Part shown: piece after piece, positions 8,629 to 18,100 of the stretch
Layout: every line of letters starts with the position of its first letter
Position numbering within the stretch: position 1 is the stretch's first letter
NCBI GenBank assembly: GCA_900319275.1
Contig: ONNS01000001.1
Span: 19,448 to 83,447 of the forward strand
Direction of reading: 5' to 3'
DNA: 64,000 nt
Origin: an uncultured Eubacteriales bacterium
GTDB lineage: Bacteria > Bacillota > Clostridia > Oscillospirales > Oscillospiraceae
Translations under genes and position numbers: made by a program
The notes under the pieces: generated by a model
What the model saw: the letters and a program-made list of their open reading frames with translations, nothing else
What the model was told of the DNA's origin: nothing
The model's database searches: none

Positions 8629-8688
8629 ACGCAATGTAACGCAATGTAACGCGGTGTCACTTGATATCGCTCTAAGAATCTGATATCG
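8629..8688 (+). repeat. intergenic short direct repeats (acgcaatgta x2 plus degenerate copy; tgatatcg x2)
   Basis: acgcaatgta 8629-8638 and 8639-8648, acgcggtgtc 8649-8658; tgatatcg at 8662-8669 and 8681-8688 (each contains GATATC). Confidence 0.7.
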
Positions 8689-8710
8689 TTACAATCGCAA
8701 AATCCGTATC

Positions 8711-8760
8711 AAGCACCGAAGCATCGCTGTTCGCCGCAGCGGTGCTTCAATTATTTTCGG
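8711..8760 (+). terminator. terminator/attenuator-like hairpin in the leader of the membrane-protein operon
   Basis: aagcaccg (8711-8718) pairs with cggtgctt (8740-8747), followed by caattatttt. Confidence 0.5.
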
Positions 8761-8784
8761 GAGGAGGAAATCATCACGGCATAG

Positions 8785-8825
8785 CTCCTTTGAATACTGC
8801 CGCCGAAAGGCGAGCTTCAAAGGAG
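8785..8825 (+). promoter_or_regulatory. RBS-sequestering hairpin (10-bp perfect inverted repeat with GAAA-capped apical stem)
   Basis: ctcctttgaa 8785-8794 pairs with ttcaaaggag 8816-8825; 3' arm contains the AAGGAG RBS of ATG 8835; apical cgcc-gaaa-ggcg; upstream GGAGGAGG (8759-8768) could compete for the 5' arm. Confidence 0.55.
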
Positions 8826-8834
8826 GGTGTCACA

Positions 8835-9827
8835 ATGACACTGAAACAACGCTTTACCAGCAATCCGCAGATCTACTACGCGCTGAGCATTGCCGCCACA
8901 TGGGCGGGTATCGGCTCTCTGATGAACGGCGTTACCATGACGCTGACCTACGGGATTATCCCGTCGCTGATCTGGGTACTCGGCAACACCGTGGCCTGCA
9001 TCCTTTTCGGAACGGTGGCCTGTAAGATCCCGAAAGTGCGGGAGGTATTCCGGTCAAGGGTAATGGAAACTGTCTGCGCGATCATGTGCATATTCCAGGC
9101 ATGGCTCAGCATGAACGGTATGCAGACGGTTTTCTCTGACACCGTACTCGGACCGGACTTCGGCAAGTATGTGGCCTATGCACTCGCAGTATTCTTCCTG
9201 ATTATCCTGTTGCGCTTCGGCATGATACGAAATGTGCTGACTGACGGCTTCGGCTGGATCATCGTCTATTTGATGGCTGCCGGCGTCACCGCGGCTGCAC
9301 TGATCTACACCAAGGGCACCGTGAATCATATCGGTCTCGGTCTGGAGCCGGAGCCGATGAAAACCGGAATATGGAAAGCGATCTTGCTTCTCCCCGGTCC
9401 TTTCACCTATCCGTACTTCTTTGAGATCCTGGATTACAACGACCGGAACGAGGACGGAACTGCCAAAGTAAACGTAAAGCGAGCCTTTACCATGGGCGGG
9501 GTATTCTTCGGCCTGTATATGGCGATTGTCTTTCCTCTCGCGTGGACGCAGTTCACGCCGACACTCAATATCGTCAAGGCCGTGCTGATCACAATCATCG
9601 GCACATCCACCCTGTCCTCTTCTATGTACAGCATCTATATCGCTTTCGGGAAAAAGCTGGGACTTGCAATCAATACGGCGCTGATCGCCGGATGGAGCAT
9701 TTTGATTCCTCTGGGCGTCATGGGCATGTGGACGCTCATGGCCTCGGTGCGCATCTATTTTGTTGCCGCCGGCATCCTGGTTGCGCTGATCTGGAACGCC
9801 TGCGAGAAAAAGGCGGTGCGGTCATGA
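8835..9827 (+). CDS. polytopic integral membrane protein (transporter-like), family not recognised
   Basis: 330 aa, roughly 9-10 hydrophobic segments; AAGGAGGG RBS; ATGA-coupled to the next gene. Confidence 0.7.
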   Translation: MTLKQRFTSNPQIYYALSIAATWAGIGSLMNGVTMTLTYGIIPSLIWVLGNTVACILFGTVACKIPKVREVFRSRVMETVCAIMCIFQAWLSMNGMQTVFSDTVLGPDFGKYVAYALAVFFLIILLRFGMIRNVLTDGFGWIIVYLMAAGVTAAALIYTKGTVNHIGLGLEPEPMKTGIWKAILLLPGPFTYPYFFEILDYNDRNEDGTAKVNVKRAFTMGGVFFGLYMAIVFPLAWTQFTPTLNIVKAVLITIIGTSTLSSSMYSIYIAFGKKLGLAINTALIAGWSILIPLGVMGMWTLMASVRIYFVAAGILVALIWNACEKKAVRS

Positions 9828-10609
9828 AACAGGTTCTCGGCCGAAAACAGTCCAGCCGAAATGAGGATTGGCTGTATGCTGTGGCGCACATTGAGGAACT
9901 GATCTCCCCGGATGAAGTTAAAGACTACGCCGATGAGTCCCTGTCGGAGATCCGGCGAGCGACGGACGGCAAAAGGGCAGCTTATGCCTACAGCGCAGGT
10001 AAGGACAGTATTGTCCTTGCCAATCTCTGTGAAAAGGCCGGTATCACTACCGGCTATTTTGCTTACTGCGATCTGGATTACCCGGCTTTCGTGGCATGGG
10101 TCAAGGAGCACAAGCCCGCTGGCGTCCAGATGATGCATACCGGATATGGTCTTGATTGGCTGTACCACCATCAGAATCTGATCTTCGCTGAGGGCGCCCT
10201 TGGGCAGAGATGGCATCAAATCAGCCAGCGAGGGCCTTTTACTCAGATGTTCTTCGAGAATCATCTGGATCTCCTGCTCATGGGGCACCGGTCGATTGAC
10301 GGAAATTTCTGTGGCCCTGACGGATATATCCGGAAGAGCAGCGGCGAGGTTCGCTTTTCTCCCCTCCGGGCATGGCCTCACGAAGCCCTGCTTGGCTACA
10401 TCCATTACAACGGCCTTCCACTGCCGCCCATATACGGCTGGAAAGACGGGTGGGTACAGGGGACACACGCCTGGCCGGAGCGAGAGTTCTGCAGCGAGGA
10501 TATCATGAAGGGCTATCGGGAGATCTATGAGATCGACCCGTCCATTGTCCTGGACGCTGCCAAGAAGATTCCGAGCGCGCGCCGCTTCCTGGAGGAGGTG
10601 GGCGCATGA
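9824..10609 (+). CDS. PAPS reductase-like PP-loop ATP pyrophosphatase family protein
   Basis: 261 aa; PP-loop YSAGKDS (SGGKDS-like); ATGA overlaps at both ends. Confidence 0.7.
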   Translation: MKQVLGRKQSSRNEDWLYAVAHIEELISPDEVKDYADESLSEIRRATDGKRAAYAYSAGKDSIVLANLCEKAGITTGYFAYCDLDYPAFVAWVKEHKPAGVQMMHTGYGLDWLYHHQNLIFAEGALGQRWHQISQRGPFTQMFFENHLDLLLMGHRSIDGNFCGPDGYIRKSSGEVRFSPLRAWPHEALLGYIHYNGLPLPPIYGWKDGWVQGTHAWPEREFCSEDIMKGYREIYEIDPSIVLDAAKKIPSARRFLEEVGA

Positions 10610-11292
10610 ACATCACCATGATTCCGCTGTCTGAGCTGAAGCCGAATCCGCGGAACGTGCGCCTCCACTCCGCAAAGCAGTTGGAGGAATATCGGCGCTC
10701 GGTGGAAAAATTCGGCCAGACCAAGGCCATCGTCTGTGACGAGAGCAAAACCATCCTGATCGGCAATGGACTCTATGAGGCCATGAAAGCTCAGGGCATG
10801 ACCGAGGCTGCCTGCTTCATCAAGACCGGAATGTCCGAGAGCGACAAGCTCAAGATGATGATGGCTGACAACAAGGTGTACTCCCTCGGTGTGGACAATC
10901 TGGACACCATCGAGGGAATCATCGCTGAGCTCGGCGCAATGAAAGACTTCGATATCCCCGGCTATGATGCTGATCTTCTGGAAACGCTCACCTTCGAGCC
11001 GGACGATGCGGATGACTTCATGGGTGGCTATGGCCTTTTGGATGATAGCTCAAAGGCCAACATGGAGAAGGCGGCGGCACGGTACGCGCAGGAGGACGCC
11101 AAATTTGAAGCGTCCGCCGAAAGAATTGCCCCGGCGGCCCCTCCACGGCCTCTGGAATCACCGGGAACGGCCCCAGCGCCTCAGACCGATATTGTAACAG
11201 GCCTTCCCGAAAAGCCCGAGGAAACGTCAGGAAATGCGTTGCAACGGCGTTTCCTTGTCTGCCCGAAATGCGGTGAGAAGATATGGCTGTAA
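10606..11292 (+). CDS. ParB N-terminal-domain-like protein with C-terminal zinc ribbon
   Basis: IPLSELKPNPRNVRLHSAKQLEEYRRSVEKFGQ (ParB/Srx box), acidic linker, C-terminal CPKCGEKIW. Confidence 0.7.
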   Translation: MNITMIPLSELKPNPRNVRLHSAKQLEEYRRSVEKFGQTKAIVCDESKTILIGNGLYEAMKAQGMTEAACFIKTGMSESDKLKMMMADNKVYSLGVDNLDTIEGIIAELGAMKDFDIPGYDADLLETLTFEPDDADDFMGGYGLLDDSSKANMEKAAARYAQEDAKFEASAERIAPAAPPRPLESPGTAPAPQTDIVTGLPEKPEETSGNALQRRFLVCPKCGEKIWL

Positions 11293-12446
11293 AACGGGTA
11301 GAGGGAACGATCGACGTCGTGACTGCTGCCCGGCAGCGCCTCACGAATGTGTTTTCCAATGGCGTCCCGGTCTACATGAGCTTTTCCGCAGGCAAAGACA
11401 GCCTGTGCATGGCACATCTGACCTACAGCCTCATCCAGGAGGGGAAGATCGACGCCCAGCAGCTCACGGTGATCTTCATTGACGAGGAGGCCATCTACGA
11501 CAGCATGTATCAGATGGCGATTCGGTGGCGAAAACGGTTCCTCGCCGTCGGCGCTGAATTCCGATGGTATTGCCTGCCGGTGAAGCAATCCAGCATCCTG
11601 AACTACCTGCAGTCCACGGAATCGTGGATTACCTGGGAGCCTGGGAAAGAGGATTGCTGGGTCAGGCAGCCGCCTCCCTTTGCGATCACGCGCAGCCCCT
11701 ATCTCACTTATCCCGGCGAGATGAACTATCAGGAGTTCTGCCAGACGATCTCCCGCGACGGCATCCAGATCGTTGGCCTGCGAGGCTCCGAATCCATCCA
11801 GCGGGCGGCGCTCCTGGCAAAGATTACTCTCGGCAAGGGCGGGATCACCGGGAAGAACTGCCAGTACCCTATCTATGACTGGCGGGATAAAGACATCTGG
11901 CTCTACATCAAGGAGCACAATCTGGACTTCCCGGACGCATACATACATCTGTTTCAGGTCGGAGTGCCAAGGCGGCAGCTCCGGCTTTGCAATTTCTTCG
12001 GCTCCGAGGGTATTGCCGGCCTGCGCTGGATCGCCGAGACAGATCCTCAACTCTGGCAGCAGGTGGAGAAGCGCGAGCCGAACGCCTATCTCACTCTCCT
12101 GTACTGGGACAGTGAGATGTTCAAGCGCCGGACCAGGAAGCGCCGGGAGCTGGAGGGCAGCGCCCCTCTGAAAGACTACAAGGCAGAGTGTAAGAAGATG
12201 CTCTTCACCGAGGCCGACAAGTATTTCAGCATAGCCAGCATGAAAACGGTACATCGGGCATACCGGGCGTTCTACATCCGGAACAGCGCCGTGATGACCA
12301 ATGAGCATTTCCGCATCATGCACGATGCTATCATAGCCGGCGATCCGAAGCTCCGGTCCCTCCGGGCACTCTACACGACGGTCTACAAGGAGTATGCAGA
12401 CCTCAGCCGTGCAACTTCCCTGAAGAAGGGAGGTGAACAGGCATGA
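11283..12446 (+). CDS. PAPS reductase-like protein with C-terminal extension (IbrA-like)
   Basis: 387 aa; PP-loop FSAGKDSLCMAH; large C-terminal domain as in IbrA/DUF3440-type proteins (recollection). Confidence 0.7.
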   Translation: MAVKRVEGTIDVVTAARQRLTNVFSNGVPVYMSFSAGKDSLCMAHLTYSLIQEGKIDAQQLTVIFIDEEAIYDSMYQMAIRWRKRFLAVGAEFRWYCLPVKQSSILNYLQSTESWITWEPGKEDCWVRQPPPFAITRSPYLTYPGEMNYQEFCQTISRDGIQIVGLRGSESIQRAALLAKITLGKGGITGKNCQYPIYDWRDKDIWLYIKEHNLDFPDAYIHLFQVGVPRRQLRLCNFFGSEGIAGLRWIAETDPQLWQQVEKREPNAYLTLLYWDSEMFKRRTRKRRELEGSAPLKDYKAECKKMLFTEADKYFSIASMKTVHRAYRAFYIRNSAVMTNEHFRIMHDAIIAGDPKLRSLRALYTTVYKEYADLSRATSLKKGGEQA

Positions 12447-12967
12447 CAGAGGTTGATGTGTTCGGCCCGCTTGCCTCCCTGCAGTGGGTGGATCGCTCGA
12501 TGCTCCACGCAAATGACTACAACCCGAACAAGGTCTCAGAAGAAAACCTGCAGCTGCTGGTGCAGTCGATACTCACGAACGGCTGGACGCTGCCCATCGT
12601 GGTACGGCCAGACTATACGATCATCGACGGCTTTCACCGCTGGACGGTATCCGGACGGGAGCCGCTGTTGTCCAAACTCGGCGGCAAGGTGCCCGTGGTG
12701 ATCGTCAACCATGAGAACGAGGCCGATGATATCTATGGCACCATCACGCACAACCGTGCGCGCGGTACTCACCTGCTGGAGCCGATGAAGGCTATCGTGA
12801 AACGGCTGATCGACGAGGGGAAGACCGTGCAGGAGATCTCCAAGCAGCTCGGCATGAGGCCGGAAGAGATCTTCCGCCTCTCTGATTTCTCCCGTGATGA
12901 ATTTCTCGCCATGATGACGGATGGCGTCACCGGGTATTCCCGCGCTGCCATCTACAAGAGTGTATAA
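12443..12967 (+). CDS. ParB-like nuclease domain protein (IbrB-like)
   Basis: 174 aa; NDYNPNKVSEENLQLLVQSI and IIDGFHRW motif; ATGA overlap with previous gene. Confidence 0.72.
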   Translation: MTEVDVFGPLASLQWVDRSMLHANDYNPNKVSEENLQLLVQSILTNGWTLPIVVRPDYTIIDGFHRWTVSGREPLLSKLGGKVPVVIVNHENEADDIYGTITHNRARGTHLLEPMKAIVKRLIDEGKTVQEISKQLGMRPEEIFRLSDFSRDEFLAMMTDGVTGYSRAAIYKSV

Positions 12968-13113
12968 ACCGAACAAGGGCGCTGGGGAGACCGAGAACGG
13001 CTTCCCTTGCGCCTTTCTGCTTAACCAACGTGGAATATGCCCTGCACCAGAGAACGCAAGGCAGACCCGTTGCAACTGCTCTCAGTGGCAATCCAAGTAA
13101 ATGAGGTGGTGAT

Positions 13114-13710
13114 GTGGCTGAGAAAGCGAATGCTCCGAACTGGAAGAAGATCAAAGCAGAATACCTCCGCGGCGGTACGTCTTACGGAAAGCTCGCCCAG
13201 AAATACGGTATCCCCAAGACCACGATAGCGAGCAAGGCAAAGCGTGAGGGCTGGGGCGAACTGCAGCAGGAAATTTCGGACGAAACTCGTACAAAAGTCG
13301 TACAGAAAATAGCCGAAAAAGAATCCGACCTTCTGGCCGAGCTCACAGATATGCAGGCAAAGGCAGCCCGCGGCCTATACAAGAAGATGCTCAGTGATAT
13401 CAGCGAGTATCCGAACGGTGCCGGTACCCGAATCGTGCGCGAGACGGTGAAGGTCAAAGAGATCGAGCTTGACGGCGGCGTGAAAAAGAAGATCCCGCTG
13501 AGATCATCCATCACAACCGATTTTGAATCTCTTGTGCGGGCGCTGGCCACACTCGGAAAACTGTACGGCCTTGACGCCGGATCAATTCTGGCTAAGGAAC
13601 GGATTGATCTGCAATACAATTCTCACGAGGATGAAGAGCCAGAAGACGACGGATTCCTTGAGGCGCTGAGCGGTACTGCTGCGGAGGACTGGGCGGATGA
13701 AGAAGGGTAA
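13114..13710 (+). CDS. terS: terminase small subunit
   Basis: 198 aa; N-terminal HTH (IKAEYLRGGTSYGKLAQKYGIPKTTIASKAKREGW), acidic tail, directly upstream of and overlapping terL. Confidence 0.8.
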   Translation: MAEKANAPNWKKIKAEYLRGGTSYGKLAQKYGIPKTTIASKAKREGWGELQQEISDETRTKVVQKIAEKESDLLAELTDMQAKAARGLYKKMLSDISEYPNGAGTRIVRETVKVKEIELDGGVKKKIPLRSSITTDFESLVRALATLGKLYGLDAGSILAKERIDLQYNSHEDEEPEDDGFLEALSGTAAEDWADEEG

Positions 13711-14971
13711 GCCTGTATTCAAGTTCAAGCCGTTCAGCAAGAAGCAGCGAAAAGTCCTGAACTGGTGGACGCCTGGAAGCCCGGTCAGAGATGCGGACGG
13801 CATCATTGCGGATGGCGCGATAAGAAGCGGCAAGACGCTTTCCATGTCCCTGTCCTTCGTCCTATGGGCAATGTCCACGTTCAATGGGGAGAGCTTTGCC
13901 ATGTGCGGGAAAACCGTCGGCAGTTTCCGCCGCAACGTTCTCTTTTGGCTTAAAATTATGCTCTATGGGCGAGGGTACCACTGCGAGGAAAAGCGCAGTG
14001 ATAACCTTGTCATCATATCCCGGGGCTCGGTCGAGAATTATTTCTATATCTTCGGTGGCAAGGACGAGAGAAGTCAGGACCTGATTCAAGGTATTACGCT
14101 CGCAGGCGTATTTCTGGACGAAGTTGCACTCATGCCGGAGAGTTTTGTCAACCAAGCAACAGGACGCTGCAGTGTTGACGGTTCGACGATGTGGTTCAAC
14201 TGCAATCCGGAATATCCGTCGCATTGGTTCAAAGTGAACTGGATCGACAAGGCCAAGGAAAAGGGCCTGCTGTATCTCCATTTCACAATGGATGATAACC
14301 TGAGCCTTTCCGAGCGTGTCAAAGAAAGATACAAGCGCATGTATACCGGCGTCTGGTATGAGCGCTTTATCCTCGGCCTCTGGGTGCTTGCCCAGGGGCT
14401 TGTTTTCTCCATGTTCCAGGAGGCGATAGGAGATGCGCCGGAGGGAGAAGCGGAGAAATACTGCCTTTCCATCGACTATGGTACTCAGAACGCCTTTGCC
14501 GCGCTCCTTTGGGGAAAATACGGCGACGTATGGTGGGCAATCCGTGAGTATTACTATTCCGGGCGGGACACCGGCGTACAGAAAACGGATGAAGAATATG
14601 CTGCTGATCTGGACAGCACCTTTGCGGATATAACGCCGGGGCGGGCCATCGAGACGATCATTGACCCGTCTGCAGCGTCTTTCATTGCCCTGCTGCGCAA
14701 GCGCAATGGTAGGTACAAGGTCATCCCGGCAGACAATGCTGTACTTGATGGCATCCGAGAGACGGCCACGGCCCTGAAGACTGGGAAAATCAAGATCAGC
14801 CGCCTTTTGACCGCGTGGCGCAAAGAGGCCGAGGGCTATGTCTGGGACGAAAAAGAGAAAGAGGACAAACCAGTCAAGGTCAATGACCATGCCATGGACG
14901 CAACTCGTTATTTCGTTAAGACAAAGCGAATCTGTATGGTCAAGCGAAAATACACATCTATTTTGAGATGA
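13697..14971 (+). CDS. terL: terminase large subunit
   Basis: 424 aa; Walker A-like ADGAIRSGKT, Walker B VFLDEV, C-terminal nuclease region with DHAMDATRY. Confidence 0.88.
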   Translation: MKKGKPVFKFKPFSKKQRKVLNWWTPGSPVRDADGIIADGAIRSGKTLSMSLSFVLWAMSTFNGESFAMCGKTVGSFRRNVLFWLKIMLYGRGYHCEEKRSDNLVIISRGSVENYFYIFGGKDERSQDLIQGITLAGVFLDEVALMPESFVNQATGRCSVDGSTMWFNCNPEYPSHWFKVNWIDKAKEKGLLYLHFTMDDNLSLSERVKERYKRMYTGVWYERFILGLWVLAQGLVFSMFQEAIGDAPEGEAEKYCLSIDYGTQNAFAALLWGKYGDVWWAIREYYYSGRDTGVQKTDEEYAADLDSTFADITPGRAIETIIDPSAASFIALLRKRNGRYKVIPADNAVLDGIRETATALKTGKIKISRLLTAWRKEAEGYVWDEKEKEDKPVKVNDHAMDATRYFVKTKRICMVKRKYTSILR

Positions 14972-14988
14972 AGGGAGAGTGAGCGGAA

Positions 14989-16428
14989 TTGCTGACATAT
15001 GAGGACTTTCAGCGTTGCGGAGAGGATGAAGCGCTCCGAAAGCAGTTTATCTTAAGCGCCATTCAGGAGCACCAGGCAGACCCGCGTGTTCGCTTCGCCC
15101 TTGACGCGCAAAAATACTATGATGGCGAAAACCCGACAATCAACCGGTATGAGAAGATCCTGTATGACATGGCTGGCCGTGCTCACGTTGATATGTGGAC
15201 TGCAAATCACAAGATCGCAAGCAAGATTTACAAGCGTGTGGTCAATCAGGAGATTGCGTACCTTCTCGGGAACGGCGTCCGGTTCTCTGAAAAGGACACC
15301 AAAAAGAAAGTCGGCAAGCTCTTTGACAGGCGCGTCATGCAGGCCACGCTCTACGCGAGAACTGCCGGTGAAGCCTATGGATTCTGGAACAACGACCATC
15401 TTGAAGTGTTTCGCTTCTGTGAATTCAAGGCGCTGCCCGGCGAGGAAACCGGACTGATCATGGCAGGGATTCGCTATTGGCGTCTTGCACCGGACAAGCC
15501 GCTGCGTGTGACGTTGTTTGAACTGGACGGCTATAGCGAGTATATTCATCGTTCCGGGGAAGAGCTGACAATCCTGCACCCTAAAAGGCCGTACAAGATA
15601 ATTGTGCGCCGCTCCGTAGCGGAGGGCGAACAGGTTATCGGCGGCGGCAACTATGACGGTTTCCCGATTGTCCCAATCTACGCCAATGAAGAGCACAAGT
15701 CATCTCTGAACGGCCAGAGGAACACTATTGACGCATTGGACATTGCCCGTTCCGGCATGGTGAACAACACAAGCGAGGGCGCGTTGATCTATTGGGTCAT
15801 CAAGAACGCCCAGGGCATGGACGATCTGGATGATGCCAAATTCATCGAACGCCTTAAGACGGTACATGTTGCCCATGTGGACGGAGACGGCGGCGTTGAT
15901 GCAGAAGCACACAGCATTGACGCGCCGATAGAATCCACGAAGGCCACAATCTCCGAACTCAAGGATGGCCTGAACGAAGATTTCCAGTCTTTCGACTACA
16001 AAGCCGCTGCTGCCGCCGGTCAGACCGCGACGGGCGTTCTCTTGTCTCAAGCTGATCTTGACCTCAAGTGCGATATGGAGATTGAGCCGCAGGTCACGGA
16101 GTTCATCATCGGGATTCTCACGCTTGCTGGAATTGACGATGAGCCGAGCTATGAGCGCAACCGCTTCGTGAACAAGCTGGAAGAGACGCAGGCAATCATC
16201 ATGCAGGCCGAGTATATGACTGAGGACTACATTACCAAGAAGCTCCTGACCATCAACGGCGACATTGACATGTATGAGGATATGATCCAGCAGAAGGACG
16301 CCGCCGACGCCGAACGGCTTCGGGCTGCAGAAGCGCGGCTGAAAGAAATGGAGAAGAAAAATGACGGAAGCGGAAGCAATAGCGATCTTGGAGGTAATAA
16401 CTCCGGAACAGAGAACAGAGCTGATTGA
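14989..16428 (+). CDS. portal protein
   Basis: 479 aa directly after terL, size and position typical of SPP1-type portals; TTG start with GGGAGAG RBS. Confidence 0.78.
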   Translation: MLTYEDFQRCGEDEALRKQFILSAIQEHQADPRVRFALDAQKYYDGENPTINRYEKILYDMAGRAHVDMWTANHKIASKIYKRVVNQEIAYLLGNGVRFSEKDTKKKVGKLFDRRVMQATLYARTAGEAYGFWNNDHLEVFRFCEFKALPGEETGLIMAGIRYWRLAPDKPLRVTLFELDGYSEYIHRSGEELTILHPKRPYKIIVRRSVAEGEQVIGGGNYDGFPIVPIYANEEHKSSLNGQRNTIDALDIARSGMVNNTSEGALIYWVIKNAQGMDDLDDAKFIERLKTVHVAHVDGDGGVDAEAHSIDAPIESTKATISELKDGLNEDFQSFDYKAAAAAGQTATGVLLSQADLDLKCDMEIEPQVTEFIIGILTLAGIDDEPSYERNRFVNKLEETQAIIMQAEYMTEDYITKKLLTINGDIDMYEDMIQQKDAADAERLRAAEARLKEMEKKNDGSGSNSDLGGNNSGTENRAD

Positions 16429-16648
16429 GGCTGTCCAGAGAATATGCGATAAACTTGCTGAAATAGCATCGACTGTTGTAGAAACTATTAACAGCATTTT
16501 CCCTTATGTGGTCGATGAACTGGCTGAATATGTGAAGGCCATCGAAAGAACAGAGAGGAAACAACACTGGAAACCTGTCAGGAACACGATTCCCAAATAC
16601 TCAAATGTGCCGCACCGAGTAAGACCGTGCGCAAGGAGCTGTTGCTGA
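16361..16648 (+). CDS. hypothetical protein (overlaps the portal 3' end in another frame)
   Basis: 95-aa ORF with GGAGAAG RBS; stop abuts the MuF start; coding status uncertain. Confidence 0.35.
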   Translation: MTEAEAIAILEVITPEQRTELIEAVQRICDKLAEIASTVVETINSIFPYVVDELAEYVKAIERTERKQHWKPVRNTIPKYSNVPHRVRPCARSCC

Positions 16649-18100
16649 ATGCCCGATCAAGGCCACATTCTGACCGACAAAATGCTCAACGATCTGGAAA
16701 ACCGTATCGCTGATGAATATGCCAAGGCGTCCAGGAGCATGCAAAAGAAGTTCCAGGATTACATGGAGCAATTCAAGGCGGGCGAGGCTAAACAGAAAGC
16801 ATTGCTGGACGCTGGGAAGATCACAAAGGATGACTATAATAACTGGCGCTTTCGTCATGAGGCAATGGGTAAGCGATGGGAGCAGATGAAAGACGTTCTC
16901 GCTGCGGATATGGAAAATGCGAGGAACATTGCCCTCAAAATTGCTGGTGAGCGGATGCCCGACGTTTATGCCCTCAACGCGAACTATGCCACCTATCAGA
17001 TCGAGTATGACGGCCGAATCGACACGAGCTTTGTCCTATACAACCATGACGCGGCCGAATATCTCGTAAAGGATACGCGGCAACTCATGCCACCCCCGAG
17101 CGCGAAAAAGGCTGCGGAGATAGCAGCCAACAAAACCATGCAATGGGACAAGCAGAAAATCCAGAGCGCTGTTTTACAAGGGATTCTCCAGGGCGAATCT
17201 CCACACAAGGTTGCCGAGCGGCTGCGTGGTGTTGCTGAGATGGGGTATAATGCATCTGTCCGATATGCCCGAACGATGACTACGAGTGCACAGAATGCTG
17301 GCCGATATGAGAGCTATCGAAGGGCGAAGAGAATGGGCGTTGACCTCACGATAGAATGGGAAGCAACGCTTGATGACCGCACACGTCACGCTCATCGTCA
17401 GATGCATGGTCAGCGCACGACCGTGGACGAACCATTTTATACACCTGACGGATATACGATTTATTATCCGGGCGACTGCACCGGATCGAGTGATGCTCCA
17501 CAGCGGGAAATCTGGAACTGTCGCTGTACTCTTCTGGCGTGGGTCAAGGGCTTCGAGAGCGATACGGTGAAGTCTTCTCCCAAAATGCACGATATGACCT
17601 TTGAAGAGTGGCAGCAGTCCAAGCCAATCCCCGATTCACAGTCGGATAGACAGCAGTTTAAGGAGTATCAGCAGCTCCTTGGGAAAAGAGCTCCGAAAAA
17701 GCTTGAAGAGTTCCGCGACACGAAATATAATAAGCCCGAGGCATGGGAAAAATTGAAAGCAGATGCGAGGCAGCGCCGAAGCGACCTTAATGGCGCAAAT
17801 GCTCCGATCAAATTCAAGGATTCTCAGTTTGGAAAGAAAGCCGGGAAACACGCTGCTGACTATGGTCTTGACCCAAAGAGTACCGAAGACAGGGACAAGT
17901 TAAAGTCGATAATAAGAGACATTAGAGAAAACCGAAGCGAGGTAAGACGTGGGCAGTGGCGAGGGCAGACTGTTGAAGTATTCTTCCATATTAAGGGGGA
18001 AGACGTCGTGATAACAAAACCGGCTGGAGAGTTCATAACCATCATGAAAGTGGGCGTGGAAAATGAGAGGGTTAAGAACGCAAGAAGGATCAAGATTTGA
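16649..18100 (+). CDS. head morphogenesis protein (SPP1 gp7 / Mu F family) with toxin-like C-terminal extension
   Basis: 483 aa; MuF core LDDRTRHAHRQMHGQ...YYPGDC...NCRC; about 130-aa C-terminal module FGKKAGKHAADYGLDP...RRGQWRGQTVEVFFHIKGEDVVITKPAGEFITIMK. Confidence 0.8.
   Translation: MPDQGHILTDKMLNDLENRIADEYAKASRSMQKKFQDYMEQFKAGEAKQKALLDAGKITKDDYNNWRFRHEAMGKRWEQMKDVLAADMENARNIALKIAGERMPDVYALNANYATYQIEYDGRIDTSFVLYNHDAAEYLVKDTRQLMPPPSAKKAAEIAANKTMQWDKQKIQSAVLQGILQGESPHKVAERLRGVAEMGYNASVRYARTMTTSAQNAGRYESYRRAKRMGVDLTIEWEATLDDRTRHAHRQMHGQRTTVDEPFYTPDGYTIYYPGDCTGSSDAPQREIWNCRCTLLAWVKGFESDTVKSSPKMHDMTFEEWQQSKPIPDSQSDRQQFKEYQQLLGKRAPKKLEEFRDTKYNKPEAWEKLKADARQRRSDLNGANAPIKFKDSQFGKKAGKHAADYGLDPKSTEDRDKLKSIIRDIRENRSEVRRGQWRGQTVEVFFHIKGEDVVITKPAGEFITIMKVGVENERVKNARRIKI

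Noticed and set aside
8742-8834. The upstream extension of the membrane-protein ORF (start at 8742).
   Set aside because: The extension is hydrophilic (MLQLFSGGGNHHGIAPLNTAAERRASKEGVT), has no RBS and overlaps the leader hairpins. ATG 8835 has an AAGGAGGG site.
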